Shown: one piece after another, positions 40,217 to 50,551 of the stretch
Position numbering within the stretch: the stretch's first letter is position 1
Layout of the letters: every line of letters starts with the position of its first letter
From: a virus
Strand: one strand, 5' to 3'
DNA length: 64,000 nucleotides
Virus record (IMG/VR): IMGVR_UViG_3300027797_000020
Span: 30,329-94,328 of that record
Notes under the pieces: model-generated
Databases searched by the model: none
Told to the model about the DNA's origin: nothing
Seen by the model: only the letters and a program-made list of their open reading frames with translations
Translations under genes and position numbers: made by a program

Positions 40217-43200
40217 ATGTCGAATTCATATAGAATAAGAACAACACCAGGAGTAGACAAGTCAATTAAAGTCAGAATAGACCAAGATTTCGAATACCTT
40301 GAGATTTTATCGTTAAAATTATTACAAAGTGAAGTTTATACTAGAAGATGTTCTGATTATGGTGTCATAGTTGGTCGTGTTAGTATTAATAACGGTTTTG
40401 GAGTACCTAACGCTAAAGTTTCAGTATTTATCCCATTAACAAGTGATGACGAAGTGAATAATCCGATAATTGCGGATTTATACCCATATAAAACATTATC
40501 ACAAACTAACGATGAAGGTTATAGGTACAATTTGTTACCGACAGAACAATCGTACAGTAATCACGTTCCAACAGGGTCATTCTTTACAAGAAAAGATGTT
40601 TTAACCAACCCAACTAAAATTGAAATTTACGATAAGTATTTTAAATATAACGCGGTAACTAACGAAAGCGGCGATTATATGATTTTTGGAGTACCTGTAG
40701 GTTCTCAAACGATTGTAGTTAATGTCGATTTATCAGATATCGGTGATTTTTCATTATCACCTCAAGATATGGTTAGAATGGGTGCTGCAACACCTGCACA
40801 GGTCGACGGGACTAAATTCATTTCTTCAACAAATCTAAATGAATTACCTCAAATTGTTACTATTAATAGGACTTTGGAAGTTGAACCATTTTGGGGTGAC
40901 GAGACATTGTGTAACTTAGGTATTACGAGAACCGACTTTGATTTATCTGCGGAAAAAAACATTAATATACAACCGACCTCAATTTTTATGGGGTCTTTAA
41001 TCTCTTCACCTGATGACCAATCATTAAAACGTAAATGTAAACCAGCGTTAAAGGCGGGTTCTTTATGTTCTTTGGTAGCGGGTCCCGGTCAAATACAAGC
41101 GATTAGACAAACAATTATGACCGATGTTAATGGTCGACCGGGGTTAGAAGTTGCGAATTTGGAAGAAGGGGGTCAAGTAATTGATGATAATGGGACTTGG
41201 ATGTTTGATGTTCCAATGAACTTAGATTATGTTGTCACTAATGAGTTTGGTGAACAAGTATTATCTAATGACCCTAAAAAAGGAATTCCGACTAAAGGTA
41301 AATACAGATTCAAAATCGCTTGGAGCCAATCACCTGATTTGGGTGAAAGAGTTAAACGTGCGAGTTTTTTAGTTCCTAATGTTAAAGAATATGGTTGGAA
41401 ATCATCGGACGGTACTGACCCGTTAACAGGTCAAGCCGTTGCGTCAAGACAAAGTTTTGGTAATGCGGATAACCCTTGTGATTATAATAGTACAGTACCA
41501 AATACCAATAATGGTAGAGCGGCTAAAGCGTCATATGCGTTTAGTTTGGATTGGGAAGATTATGGTGAAAGAAATAGTTCTGGTGTTTTAACCCCGACGG
41601 GTCAAAATATGGTTCTTGAGGCGATTAATTGTGAGGACAGATTTTATGAGATGCAATATAACAAAGTTTATACGGTGTCTCAATTAATAAGTGAATATAG
41701 AAGGGGGGCAACAAACAATAGGATAATATCAATTAAGAATATTCTTGATGATGCTTGTGAATCAACAAATAATAAATTCCCAACAAATGACGGGATGTAT
41801 CGACTTGATATCATTTTTATTTTGTTTCAGATATTAATGTTAATTGGTTATGTTATTTTATTCATTGTGGTGTTTTTATTTCACTTATTTCTTTGGATTT
41901 TATGTAAAATTATTAAACCAATCGTCGGACTATTACGGGATTTTTGGTGTTGGTTAAAAGATGTTGGGTTTTCTAATAGATTTTTTAGTTGGCACCCCTT
42001 TAGAGGTTGGGCCGGTGGAAAATGTACTGAATTATCAGCAACATATAAATCATTGGAGGATAAATGTAAGAATTCATCATTACCGTTACCTAATTTAACG
42101 TATCCTGATTGTGAGTTATGTTCTTGTGACCCTGACCAACCAAAAACAACACCTCCGGACCCGAATAACCCAATACAAGTACCAAATTCAGCAAACGCTG
42201 ATATTATAATTGAGGGTTCGTACTTTGGACCTTTTAATCAGTCAACAGAGTCTAATGGTAATTTTATGCCGGTTAAGTCTCAGGATACTTTATTCATATC
42301 AGGGGTTCAAATGAAATACAGTGAGGATATCCAAGTAAAAGGTGTTCCGACTGATACTCATAGTTACGCTGAAGGTGATTGTAAGAGGACGTTTTCGAGT
42401 GATTTACCTTGGCACGAAAGATTTAACTTGTTTAATACTAAAGCGAAATATTTTAATAATACTGCGAATAATCCAGGTGGTGGCGTTAACCGTATTGCGG
42501 TTAGATTTAACTCACCAATGAATGGTAATGATTTCCCAAGTGGTAATTATGTAACACCATCAGGTAAATACCACTTGGACAATGTTATTGCGGTTTTAGT
42601 TGATGCTGACGCGGCAAGTACCTTTACTCAAGGTTCGATATTCACGACTGTTGACCCACAAAAAACAAAAGATATTAATTTAACTAATGTTTCACCAATA
42701 AATGATTTGGGTACGAATAGTATCACGGGAAAAACCATTGGTACAATATATAATGGTAATTCAAAAATAAACGAAACATTTGTTCAAGTTGATTATGCGA
42801 ATCCTGATGGGACTAGTGGAAATGTTGCGGGACCAAGTTATCACCTTACGGGTGATTCGGCAAGTACTTACCATAAATTCCCAATTGATTTAGAGTATTT
42901 TCAGGTAATTCAAAGTACGAGTCTTTCTCAATATATTAAAGATGTTACCGTAAATATTGGTAATCCTAATTTACCGAATTCCTTCTTTTCTAGAGTTATT
43001 AATGCTGGATATGGTATGGTAACTACAGATTGTGTTGATTTAGGACCTTCAGGAACGTGGAGATATTATTCAGAATTACGAGGGACGGGTATGTATGGAA
43101 ATACCGGTGGTAATTGTACGACATATGGGGGTAATCAATGTCTTGGATATATCAGACAGTATATTCCCGATTCTGATAATATGCAAGTTGTGTTTATGGT

Positions 43201-45880
43201 TAGAGGTGTTGACCCAAACTCACCAAAAACTAGAATATCATACGATTTAAGTAAATTATACGGACAATCAAATTATGGTCATAAAATAGTTTCACTTGAC
43301 AATGCTAAAATGAACATTCCAGTTCAAGGGAAGTATAGATGTGTTAGACACCTTAATCTTACTAATAGTAGTAGTGATGATGCTTACAGTGATATTCCAT
43401 TATTCCATAAAACATTTATGTGGAAACCATCATCAGGTACTTTACAAGTAGGTCCGTTTATTGACCCGGCGACGGTAACAAGCTATGATTCAAATAATGA
43501 CCCAATTGGTGGTAGCGTTTATAGTCCGGCGGAATTGGACCCATTTTACAGACCTGCGGGATTCTGTGATTTTAGTGGGTTTACAACAACCGCACATACT
43601 TATTATTCGAGGTATGATGAAGGTAGAACACCTGGTGGTGTGACAAGTCTTCCTTATACGTATGTTCATAACCCAATTAATAAAGGTGGTATAAGAATTT
43701 ATGGTAATGAAAATGCTATTAGGAATGGTAGTGGAAATGCTTATGCGGCGTATTATAATAAACAACCTGATTATAACGATAATATTATAGACCGTAAGAC
43801 GGTTGCTGCTTATTCAAATGACCCTAATTCTGATAATGGTAGTGGTTTAAGTCAGTATGGTGTGACTAATAGAGGTTACTTTAATAATGAAAGTGTTGAA
43901 GGGGGTAATATTGCGAATCTTAGACAAAACCCATATTCTTGGACTTCTTGGGGAGGAGCTTGGGTTCAGTTACGATGGGCTCAAGAACTTGATATACTTA
44001 GTTTTTCAATGTATTGGAGTGCTACTTATTATAGTCAAGATGGTCCATCAAGTCTTGATATTGTTGATGGTTCTGATGGACGACAAATTGTTATGAGAAG
44101 TGATAGGTTACCTTCATCATCATTTGAAGAGAGAAATAAAGGGCGTTTTAGTTACCTTAGTTATACTTTAATGGCGAATAATAACTTTAGTTATTATAAA
44201 ATAGGTGATGACGGTTCTGTTGCATCATTAGAAGGTTCCGCTGACGTTTCAGGTGTTGGTGGTGGTGTTGATAGTAAGGCATCAAACGCTGAGGATAAAT
44301 GTGATGGTGAAATACTAAGTACGTTTACTTGTGAAGGTTTAGTACCGTTAGGTTGTTACTCTTATGACCCGGCACAAAGTGGGATTAAAGTTGAGAAAAA
44401 ATCGGCACCAATACCGGCAACGGGTGAGGGTTCTTGTTATGGTAATAGATTACCTGCGGGAAGTAATAGTGAATATGGTAATCAGCCTGAGGGGATAATG
44501 ACTTCGGGATGTTATAGATTATGTACGGTTCCATTTGAAACATTATCGTTAGATTGGGAGTTACTTAAAGAATGGAGAGCAAGAACGGTTGTTACGTTTG
44601 GGGCTTGTAGAAACGTGTTCTCACACTACTTCACAAACAATTGGATTAATGGTACACTTTACGCGTTTTCTTTTGTTAATTCACGAAGATTTACATCACC
44701 GACAACACAACCATCAACTAATGCTAATAAACCATATAATTGTTTTTGTAAAAATAACATTTATTTAAATACTGATAGTAATAATTTCTACTATAGAAGT
44801 ACACCATATAACGCTGCGGAGGATGCTTATGTTGGTAGAAAAAGTCCACGAAATTGGTTAACGGGTAATCCATTTGGTGGGAACTCAAACAGTTTACAAT
44901 ATCCGACAACGGTGATGGACTTAGGTCCAAGGGATATTTACACTCAAGAGATTGTTTTTTCAAATGATTATGATGGTTATTTGATGAAAAGTTTAAATAC
45001 TACAACATTTAAAGATGTGTCCGATTTGTTAAACACTTTTATCATATCTAGATTTGTTAATAGAACAATGTTAGACAAAATATTGGCAGCGGTTGGTGTA
45101 AGTGCAATCACCAAGTATTTTAGTCGTGAAAATAAAAAAATTGATGGGGATTATGCCCAAATGATATCAATTAATTCTGAATTAGGTACGGTAGGATTCT
45201 CTGATGAGAATTACAGTAGTTGTGATATTTTCTATAATGGTGGTAACTCAAGTGACGGTGTATTTGGTGTCTTTTTTTCGTCAAATACTCAAGTTAGAGA
45301 TTATGTAACACCTAAAAGAACAATTATTAGTGAGGATAAACCGATTACTGATGTTGATTGTGCATTTGAATACTTTAAAGTTAACACTCAAAATGTACCA
45401 TTTTATCAATGGTTTATTAAACCAAATTATGGTAAAGAAAAAGAGGTTGATAAAAATAATTTATTTCCGTCAAGTCCTGGTTTCCCTGTTGATAGTATTT
45501 TTGGTAGTCAATTGAATGATTGGTCGACAAACCCATATTCGGGTACGTCAACACCGTCAAAAGGGACTTTCTTTACTTATGGTTACCAAAATTTAGATAG
45601 GATATTAAGAAATTCAAGATATTTTAGAACTAATGCTAGTTCATTGTCAAAATATTATCGAGGTAACATTTTTTCAGTTGACCCGACATTAAGTACGATA
45701 ATAAATGATAGAGGTAATACACTATATTGGGATAAAAACTCACAATTTGGAGAACCACAATTTCAAAGGGTTGTAAATACGGGAGCACCATTTTATTTTT
45801 ATTTTGGTTTATATCAAGGTAAATCGGCGTTTGACCGATTCAGTAAAAAATGGATTGATACTGATGTAATTACGGATTAA
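40217..45880 (+). CDS. Large virion/baseplate-associated protein (1887 aa) with internal hydrophobic segment
   Basis: N-terminal prealbumin/carboxypeptidase-regulatory-like 'GVIVGRV...GVPNAKVSVF...TNESGDYMIFGVPVG'; Cys-rich; TM-like stretch; in baseplate cluster. Confidence 0.55.
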   Translation: MSNSYRIRTTPGVDKSIKVRIDQDFEYLEILSLKLLQSEVYTRRCSDYGVIVGRVSINNGFGVPNAKVSVFIPLTSDDEVNNPIIADLYPYKTLSQTNDEGYRYNLLPTEQSYSNHVPTGSFFTRKDVLTNPTKIEIYDKYFKYNAVTNESGDYMIFGVPVGSQTIVVNVDLSDIGDFSLSPQDMVRMGAATPAQVDGTKFISSTNLNELPQIVTINRTLEVEPFWGDETLCNLGITRTDFDLSAEKNINIQPTSIFMGSLISSPDDQSLKRKCKPALKAGSLCSLVAGPGQIQAIRQTIMTDVNGRPGLEVANLEEGGQVIDDNGTWMFDVPMNLDYVVTNEFGEQVLSNDPKKGIPTKGKYRFKIAWSQSPDLGERVKRASFLVPNVKEYGWKSSDGTDPLTGQAVASRQSFGNADNPCDYNSTVPNTNNGRAAKASYAFSLDWEDYGERNSSGVLTPTGQNMVLEAINCEDRFYEMQYNKVYTVSQLISEYRRGATNNRIISIKNILDDACESTNNKFPTNDGMYRLDIIFILFQILMLIGYVILFIVVFLFHLFLWILCKIIKPIVGLLRDFWCWLKDVGFSNRFFSWHPFRGWAGGKCTELSATYKSLEDKCKNSSLPLPNLTYPDCELCSCDPDQPKTTPPDPNNPIQVPNSANADIIIEGSYFGPFNQSTESNGNFMPVKSQDTLFISGVQMKYSEDIQVKGVPTDTHSYAEGDCKRTFSSDLPWHERFNLFNTKAKYFNNTANNPGGGVNRIAVRFNSPMNGNDFPSGNYVTPSGKYHLDNVIAVLVDADAASTFTQGSIFTTVDPQKTKDINLTNVSPINDLGTNSITGKTIGTIYNGNSKINETFVQVDYANPDGTSGNVAGPSYHLTGDSASTYHKFPIDLEYFQVIQSTSLSQYIKDVTVNIGNPNLPNSFFSRVINAGYGMVTTDCVDLGPSGTWRYYSELRGTGMYGNTGGNCTTYGGNQCLGYIRQYIPDSDNMQVVFMVRGVDPNSPKTRISYDLSKLYGQSNYGHKIVSLDNAKMNIPVQGKYRCVRHLNLTNSSSDDAYSDIPLFHKTFMWKPSSGTLQVGPFIDPATVTSYDSNNDPIGGSVYSPAELDPFYRPAGFCDFSGFTTTAHTYYSRYDEGRTPGGVTSLPYTYVHNPINKGGIRIYGNENAIRNGSGNAYAAYYNKQPDYNDNIIDRKTVAAYSNDPNSDNGSGLSQYGVTNRGYFNNESVEGGNIANLRQNPYSWTSWGGAWVQLRWAQELDILSFSMYWSATYYSQDGPSSLDIVDGSDGRQIVMRSDRLPSSSFEERNKGRFSYLSYTLMANNNFSYYKIGDDGSVASLEGSADVSGVGGGVDSKASNAEDKCDGEILSTFTCEGLVPLGCYSYDPAQSGIKVEKKSAPIPATGEGSCYGNRLPAGSNSEYGNQPEGIMTSGCYRLCTVPFETLSLDWELLKEWRARTVVTFGACRNVFSHYFTNNWINGTLYAFSFVNSRRFTSPTTQPSTNANKPYNCFCKNNIYLNTDSNNFYYRSTPYNAAEDAYVGRKSPRNWLTGNPFGGNSNSLQYPTTVMDLGPRDIYTQEIVFSNDYDGYLMKSLNTTTFKDVSDLLNTFIISRFVNRTMLDKILAAVGVSAITKYFSRENKKIDGDYAQMISINSELGTVGFSDENYSSCDIFYNGGNSSDGVFGVFFSSNTQVRDYVTPKRTIISEDKPITDVDCAFEYFKVNTQNVPFYQWFIKPNYGKEKEVDKNNLFPSSPGFPVDSIFGSQLNDWSTNPYSGTSTPSKGTFFTYGYQNLDRILRNSRYFRTNASSLSKYYRGNIFSVDPTLSTIINDRGNTLYWDKNSQFGEPQFQRVVNTGAPFYFYFGLYQGKSAFDRFSKKWIDTDVITD

Positions 45881-45882
45881 TT

Positions 45883-47649
45883 ATGGGAAATAGAAAAGAG
45901 ACTAGAATTGTATTGGGGACGTTACGTTATAAATCGGCCCCTGAGACAACATTAGGAATACAAATACCTTTTGTCCAAACCGCAAAAGAAAATGTTGAAT
46001 TTGATAGAAATATTAATATTAGTTTGGCGCAAGTATTTGATGATGAAAGACAAGCGTCAACCACATTTAGACCATCCGCTAAGTTTTCAATGTTATTTAA
46101 AAACGCTTACACGGGTAATACAAGTTATGAACCGTTTGAAAACAACTTATATTATGTTGACACCTCAAAATTAGCGAAATTACAATGTGAAACAAGTGCG
46201 GGTTCGGTAAATTGGGAAGGGTTTCCACAATATAATGAATTTGATTTTATTCGTAATGATTATAAGGTTCCGGGGTACACTATCCCACCTAATAACCATA
46301 TAACATTTGTTTCAAAAAGTGCGTCAACTTATAATTGGAACCATTTTTTAAGTTATCCGTTTAGTAATTTATACACCAAAAATATGTCATACTTTAACTC
46401 TAAAAGTCAAAATGTGATTAATTGGGTGTCAGGTGACGGAATACCATTTATCATCACAAATATGGTTGAGGGTGGTAACAGGATTGTTAGTTTTAAATGT
46501 CCTGTTAAACACGGGTTAACAATTGGTGAATATGTTGAGTTAAGTTTTAATTATAATGGTGATAAATATTTTGAAGTTTATTCGTTAGGTGATGACACAT
46601 CAAAATCTGATGAATATGTGTTTAATGTATTTGATTATGGTTTCCTTGGTTCGACATTTAATGACAATGTTACAGGAACATTTAAACGAATTATTGATAT
46701 AAATAATCCTGATGATACTAAATCAGAATACTACGTTAAACAATTAAAAATTTTGACAAGTGTTGATGATTGTACGTTAGTTAAAACGGGTTTTGAACAA
46801 AATGTCTTTGGTAAAACTAAAAAATTTGAAAGTAGTGGATTTACCCCAAATCATATTGAGAGAGTCTCATTAAAAGAAGGTTCACAATCTTATTCATTAA
46901 CATTTAATACTGATATTGATATTGCTCCGATTAGAGACAATCAAAAACGGCCTATTACGGAATTATACTTCAATGTTATTTGGTCGGGTTATTTTGGGTG
47001 GACATTAACAAATACGGTGGGATTACAACAAGGGTATGACTTTAATTTACCATTGGTTAATGATAAACCTGACCCTTGGTGGGATAATTTAAATGTTAAA
47101 TCAAAGACCAACTTTCCGTTGGGGTTTTATAATAGAGTATCAGGAACTCCTAGTAAAGGGTATTCATTTAATTATGTAAAATCATTAAAGAAGGGTGATA
47201 TACTTGATGGTGGATTTTGTGAGTGGAATAGTTATGAACAGATGGAAAGGGAAATGACGCCAATATATCATAAATTCAAATATAACTTAACAAATTTTGA
47301 TATTAGAAGTGGACCATTAGTGAACTCGACTAATCAATTTGGTTATTATTATCAACCAAACTATAAAATAACGATACGAGAATACTCGGATTATATTGAG
47401 AGTGGGGATGCGAATAATGTTGTTGATATACCCGATTACTCACATTTTTCAACTACCGATAATGCTTTCATATGGAGAGACATATACTCTTACGGGTATA
47501 TTGATACTGATAGTATTGGTGTTGATTATCCATTCTTAAATGGTAAACATTATCCATTTCAAGACTATATATTTAGAATAATACCTGAAGGAACTAATTT
47601 CGTTAGTGATAACATAATTCAAGACCCAATAATAGATAACTGTGAATAA
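45883..47649 (+). CDS. Putative structural protein (baseplate/fibre cluster)
   Basis: 588 aa; 'FKCPVKHGLTIGEYVEL' beta-module seen in phage structural proteins. Confidence 0.55.
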   Translation: MGNRKETRIVLGTLRYKSAPETTLGIQIPFVQTAKENVEFDRNINISLAQVFDDERQASTTFRPSAKFSMLFKNAYTGNTSYEPFENNLYYVDTSKLAKLQCETSAGSVNWEGFPQYNEFDFIRNDYKVPGYTIPPNNHITFVSKSASTYNWNHFLSYPFSNLYTKNMSYFNSKSQNVINWVSGDGIPFIITNMVEGGNRIVSFKCPVKHGLTIGEYVELSFNYNGDKYFEVYSLGDDTSKSDEYVFNVFDYGFLGSTFNDNVTGTFKRIIDINNPDDTKSEYYVKQLKILTSVDDCTLVKTGFEQNVFGKTKKFESSGFTPNHIERVSLKEGSQSYSLTFNTDIDIAPIRDNQKRPITELYFNVIWSGYFGWTLTNTVGLQQGYDFNLPLVNDKPDPWWDNLNVKSKTNFPLGFYNRVSGTPSKGYSFNYVKSLKKGDILDGGFCEWNSYEQMEREMTPIYHKFKYNLTNFDIRSGPLVNSTNQFGYYYQPNYKITIREYSDYIESGDANNVVDIPDYSHFSTTDNAFIWRDIYSYGYIDTDSIGVDYPFLNGKHYPFQDYIFRIIPEGTNFVSDNIIQDPIIDNCE

Positions 47650-48445
47650 TTATAGATTTACCATACCAACTAATGATACTTACATTAATTTACCAATAGA
47701 AATTAAATGGGATTTTTATGGTCGTGATGATAGTATTGAATTATATGAGGAAGACGTAATTGAAGACATTATTGGTAGTCCTAAAGATTTTGAAATTTTA
47801 CAATTTTCCCACGAATCATATGACACGGGTACTAGAACTGATGTTAATTATGAATTCAATTTTTTTGATAACACCCCCGCGGTTAATCCGAATGTTTTAA
47901 CCTCAGTATCGACTGATTGGGGTCCTACTTACCTTAATGAAGGGTTTACGCCAAATCAGATTTATTATTATGAAAATCCTTTTACTAAATCTTTTTTTAA
48001 GTTGGATTTTTACGATACTGATGACGCAAATACACAAACACTCTATTTCACAATAATAATACCTGTTCAACAGGGTGGTGTTGAGTTGGCAACAATTTCA
48101 CCAATACGTCCCGACGTGAATATTAAGACACCAATTTTTAAATTAGATTTTGTTGGTGATAAGGAGGGTTTTTATATCTATTGGTTAAGAAAGAAGGATG
48201 TTATAAATTTAAGTACTTTTTATATGTCGGCCAAATTTTTTAACGCTAGAATTGGTGCTTTTGTTAGAATGATGAATACGCCACAATCTAATATACCTAG
48301 TAAATTCATATTTGACGACAGAAAATACTTCTATTATAAAGTGACTTTGGATTATAATAAATTTACTTACTCTATTTATGATACAACAGGTGTTAGAGCC
48401 GGAACAACAAGTTCCATAAAATGGTATGAATATATTAACCCATAA
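47642..48445 (+). CDS. Putative structural protein
   Basis: 267-aa aromatic, beta-rich ORF coupled to its neighbours (GTG start). Confidence 0.55.
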   Translation: MNNYRFTIPTNDTYINLPIEIKWDFYGRDDSIELYEEDVIEDIIGSPKDFEILQFSHESYDTGTRTDVNYEFNFFDNTPAVNPNVLTSVSTDWGPTYLNEGFTPNQIYYYENPFTKSFFKLDFYDTDDANTQTLYFTIIIPVQQGGVELATISPIRPDVNIKTPIFKLDFVGDKEGFYIYWLRKKDVINLSTFYMSAKFFNARIGAFVRMMNTPQSNIPSKFIFDDRKYFYYKVTLDYNKFTYSIYDTTGVRAGTTSSIKWYEYINP

Positions 48446-49632
48446 TGGAGGATAGAATTTTTTATTATAAAATATCACCTGAAGTAATTAGAGGTGACCT
48501 TTTTAGTGTTAATTTTACTGGCGATAGTGAAACTACTAACGCTGAATATGTTTATTGTTGTGATATTTATACGAGTGCGGTAACAGAATATTATACCGGA
48601 CAAACATATGCTTATTCCTCAATGACTCAGATTGTGTCGGGAGGTACTATGGGGACATCGTTATTAACAGGATTGACTATCCCAATCTTTATAACTGAAA
48701 ACACCATAGATATTGGTTATTATTCGGCATTTGACGGTATGGTAACTCAAAAAGATACGATATCTAACTTTCTATTTTCCGCCACAACACAAAACCCCAA
48801 TACCTATTTTTTCTACAATACCTCAGATACTGAATTTAAGAAATTTTTATCATTTAGTGAATATAAAGTGGATTGGGGTGATGGTTCGCCACAAACTACA
48901 ATCACCGCAACAAGTCCTAATTTTTATGGTCATACTTATACTCAAACAGGGAAATTTAAGATTTCAATGTCAGGAATGAGTCCTTGGGGTATTAACTTAG
49001 TTGAAAAGGACGTAACCGTACCATATAGTAATATTGTTGCGTCAAACCCTAAAGGTATTGCCTATTTTTTCCCATCAGGTGGTAATTGGTCCGGAACCCC
49101 AATATCTTATGATTATATTTTTAGTGGGGATTCTATTTGTGATGTGGATGTACAAACTAGTGACAATTACACAACTATACCGATAATTATTACGGGGTAT
49201 ACTAATTCAACAATTAATGACTTAGAACAATACGGTAGTAAGTACGACCCTTTATTAATTGGTGGTAAATTTAAACTGAATGAACAAGTTATCATTAATT
49301 CGGATACAGTGGGGGTATTTCGTGGGGTGTCAAATGATGGTTTGTATACCGCCTACACGATAAATAATCTTGACTACTATGATTTTGCGGATGGGACGAC
49401 CGTATTTTCCGCTCAGACATATGGTTTAACGTCGGATATGATTATTTGCACTGCGATTACAAAAAATGAAGTGTTATTAAATGTAATTGATGAAGCAGAA
49501 GTGCAGTCCGATGTATTTATAGAAAGAGGAAAACAATCAGGTTTAGAATCAATTCTTAGGCTTGGTGAAGTGGATAATGTCGGTGACCTTTTAAAATATG
49601 GTTATGGATTTTTTAATGTAATAGAAATATAA
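48445..49632 (+). CDS. Putative structural protein with PKD-like domain
   Basis: YKVDWGDGSP...HTYTQTGKFKISM PKD signature. Confidence 0.6.
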   Translation: MEDRIFYYKISPEVIRGDLFSVNFTGDSETTNAEYVYCCDIYTSAVTEYYTGQTYAYSSMTQIVSGGTMGTSLLTGLTIPIFITENTIDIGYYSAFDGMVTQKDTISNFLFSATTQNPNTYFFYNTSDTEFKKFLSFSEYKVDWGDGSPQTTITATSPNFYGHTYTQTGKFKISMSGMSPWGINLVEKDVTVPYSNIVASNPKGIAYFFPSGGNWSGTPISYDYIFSGDSICDVDVQTSDNYTTIPIIITGYTNSTINDLEQYGSKYDPLLIGGKFKLNEQVIINSDTVGVFRGVSNDGLYTAYTINNLDYYDFADGTTVFSAQTYGLTSDMIICTAITKNEVLLNVIDEAEVQSDVFIERGKQSGLESILRLGEVDNVGDLLKYGYGFFNVIEI

Positions 49633-49633
49633 T

Positions 49634-50551
49634 ATGGCAACAGGAACATATGGAACGGTAAGGCCGGCTGACGTATCACCGGCAGATGTGGAAATAATTT
49701 TAAATTATACCCCGTCGAGGGATGAAACGGATAATTTTTTATTAACAAAATTAAATTCGAGTGCGGTCCTTAAACCGTATTATAGTAATTCGGACATTAA
49801 TCCAAATGTTAGTAACCCTAGTATTGAATTATTGGGTGGTTTGTATAATTTAAAATTACCTGCGGACCAATTTAATAAAGTTGGGATTTATACTTTATTT
49901 ATTAGACCCGCACAGATTAGAACTAAAATATTGGATTGTGGCGTATTATCTTCGTTACCAAATGTTAAAGGTTTAGTGTTTGATTTATCTGATGTTCCAT
50001 CTGAGTATAGAAATAAGTTTGTTAGCCAAGGATTAACAGGGTTTAGAATTGAGTATTTAAATTCTGATGGTACTAAAGTCCCTAATTTTTTTAGATTAAT
50101 TACCTCATCATTTTTCTGTGAACCTGTTGTTCAAAACTTAACTAATAGTTCCCAAAAGGCGATTCGATATAGATATACGGAAAACAATACTAATTTAATG
50201 TATTGTACTGTATCTCCATCGTCATCGCCAACAAACAAACCGAACGCGACTCCATATATTGGACAACCAAATCAAAATGTGATAATTACTAATACATTCT
50301 TCAACCCAATGACATTGGATATTGAAATCGCTGAACACGATTTCTCAACATTAGCAATTGCTCTATTTGGTAATCAAACTAAATCTATGGATGATGGTGT
50401 TTATACTTTATACGATACTGAGAATAATATTTATAGACAATACAACTTATACGAAATTAGAGACCAATACAACCACTTGTTATATGAGGTTAGACAAGAT
50501 AGAGGTGATAATATTGATTTTAGTAAAAACTTTACAAACATAACACAATAA
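49634..50551 (+). CDS. Putative baseplate structural protein
   Basis: 305-aa ORF in coupled baseplate operon; no family motif recognised. Confidence 0.55.
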   Translation: MATGTYGTVRPADVSPADVEIILNYTPSRDETDNFLLTKLNSSAVLKPYYSNSDINPNVSNPSIELLGGLYNLKLPADQFNKVGIYTLFIRPAQIRTKILDCGVLSSLPNVKGLVFDLSDVPSEYRNKFVSQGLTGFRIEYLNSDGTKVPNFFRLITSSFFCEPVVQNLTNSSQKAIRYRYTENNTNLMYCTVSPSSSPTNKPNATPYIGQPNQNVIITNTFFNPMTLDIEIAEHDFSTLAIALFGNQTKSMDDGVYTLYDTENNIYRQYNLYEIRDQYNHLLYEVRQDRGDNIDFSKNFTNITQ

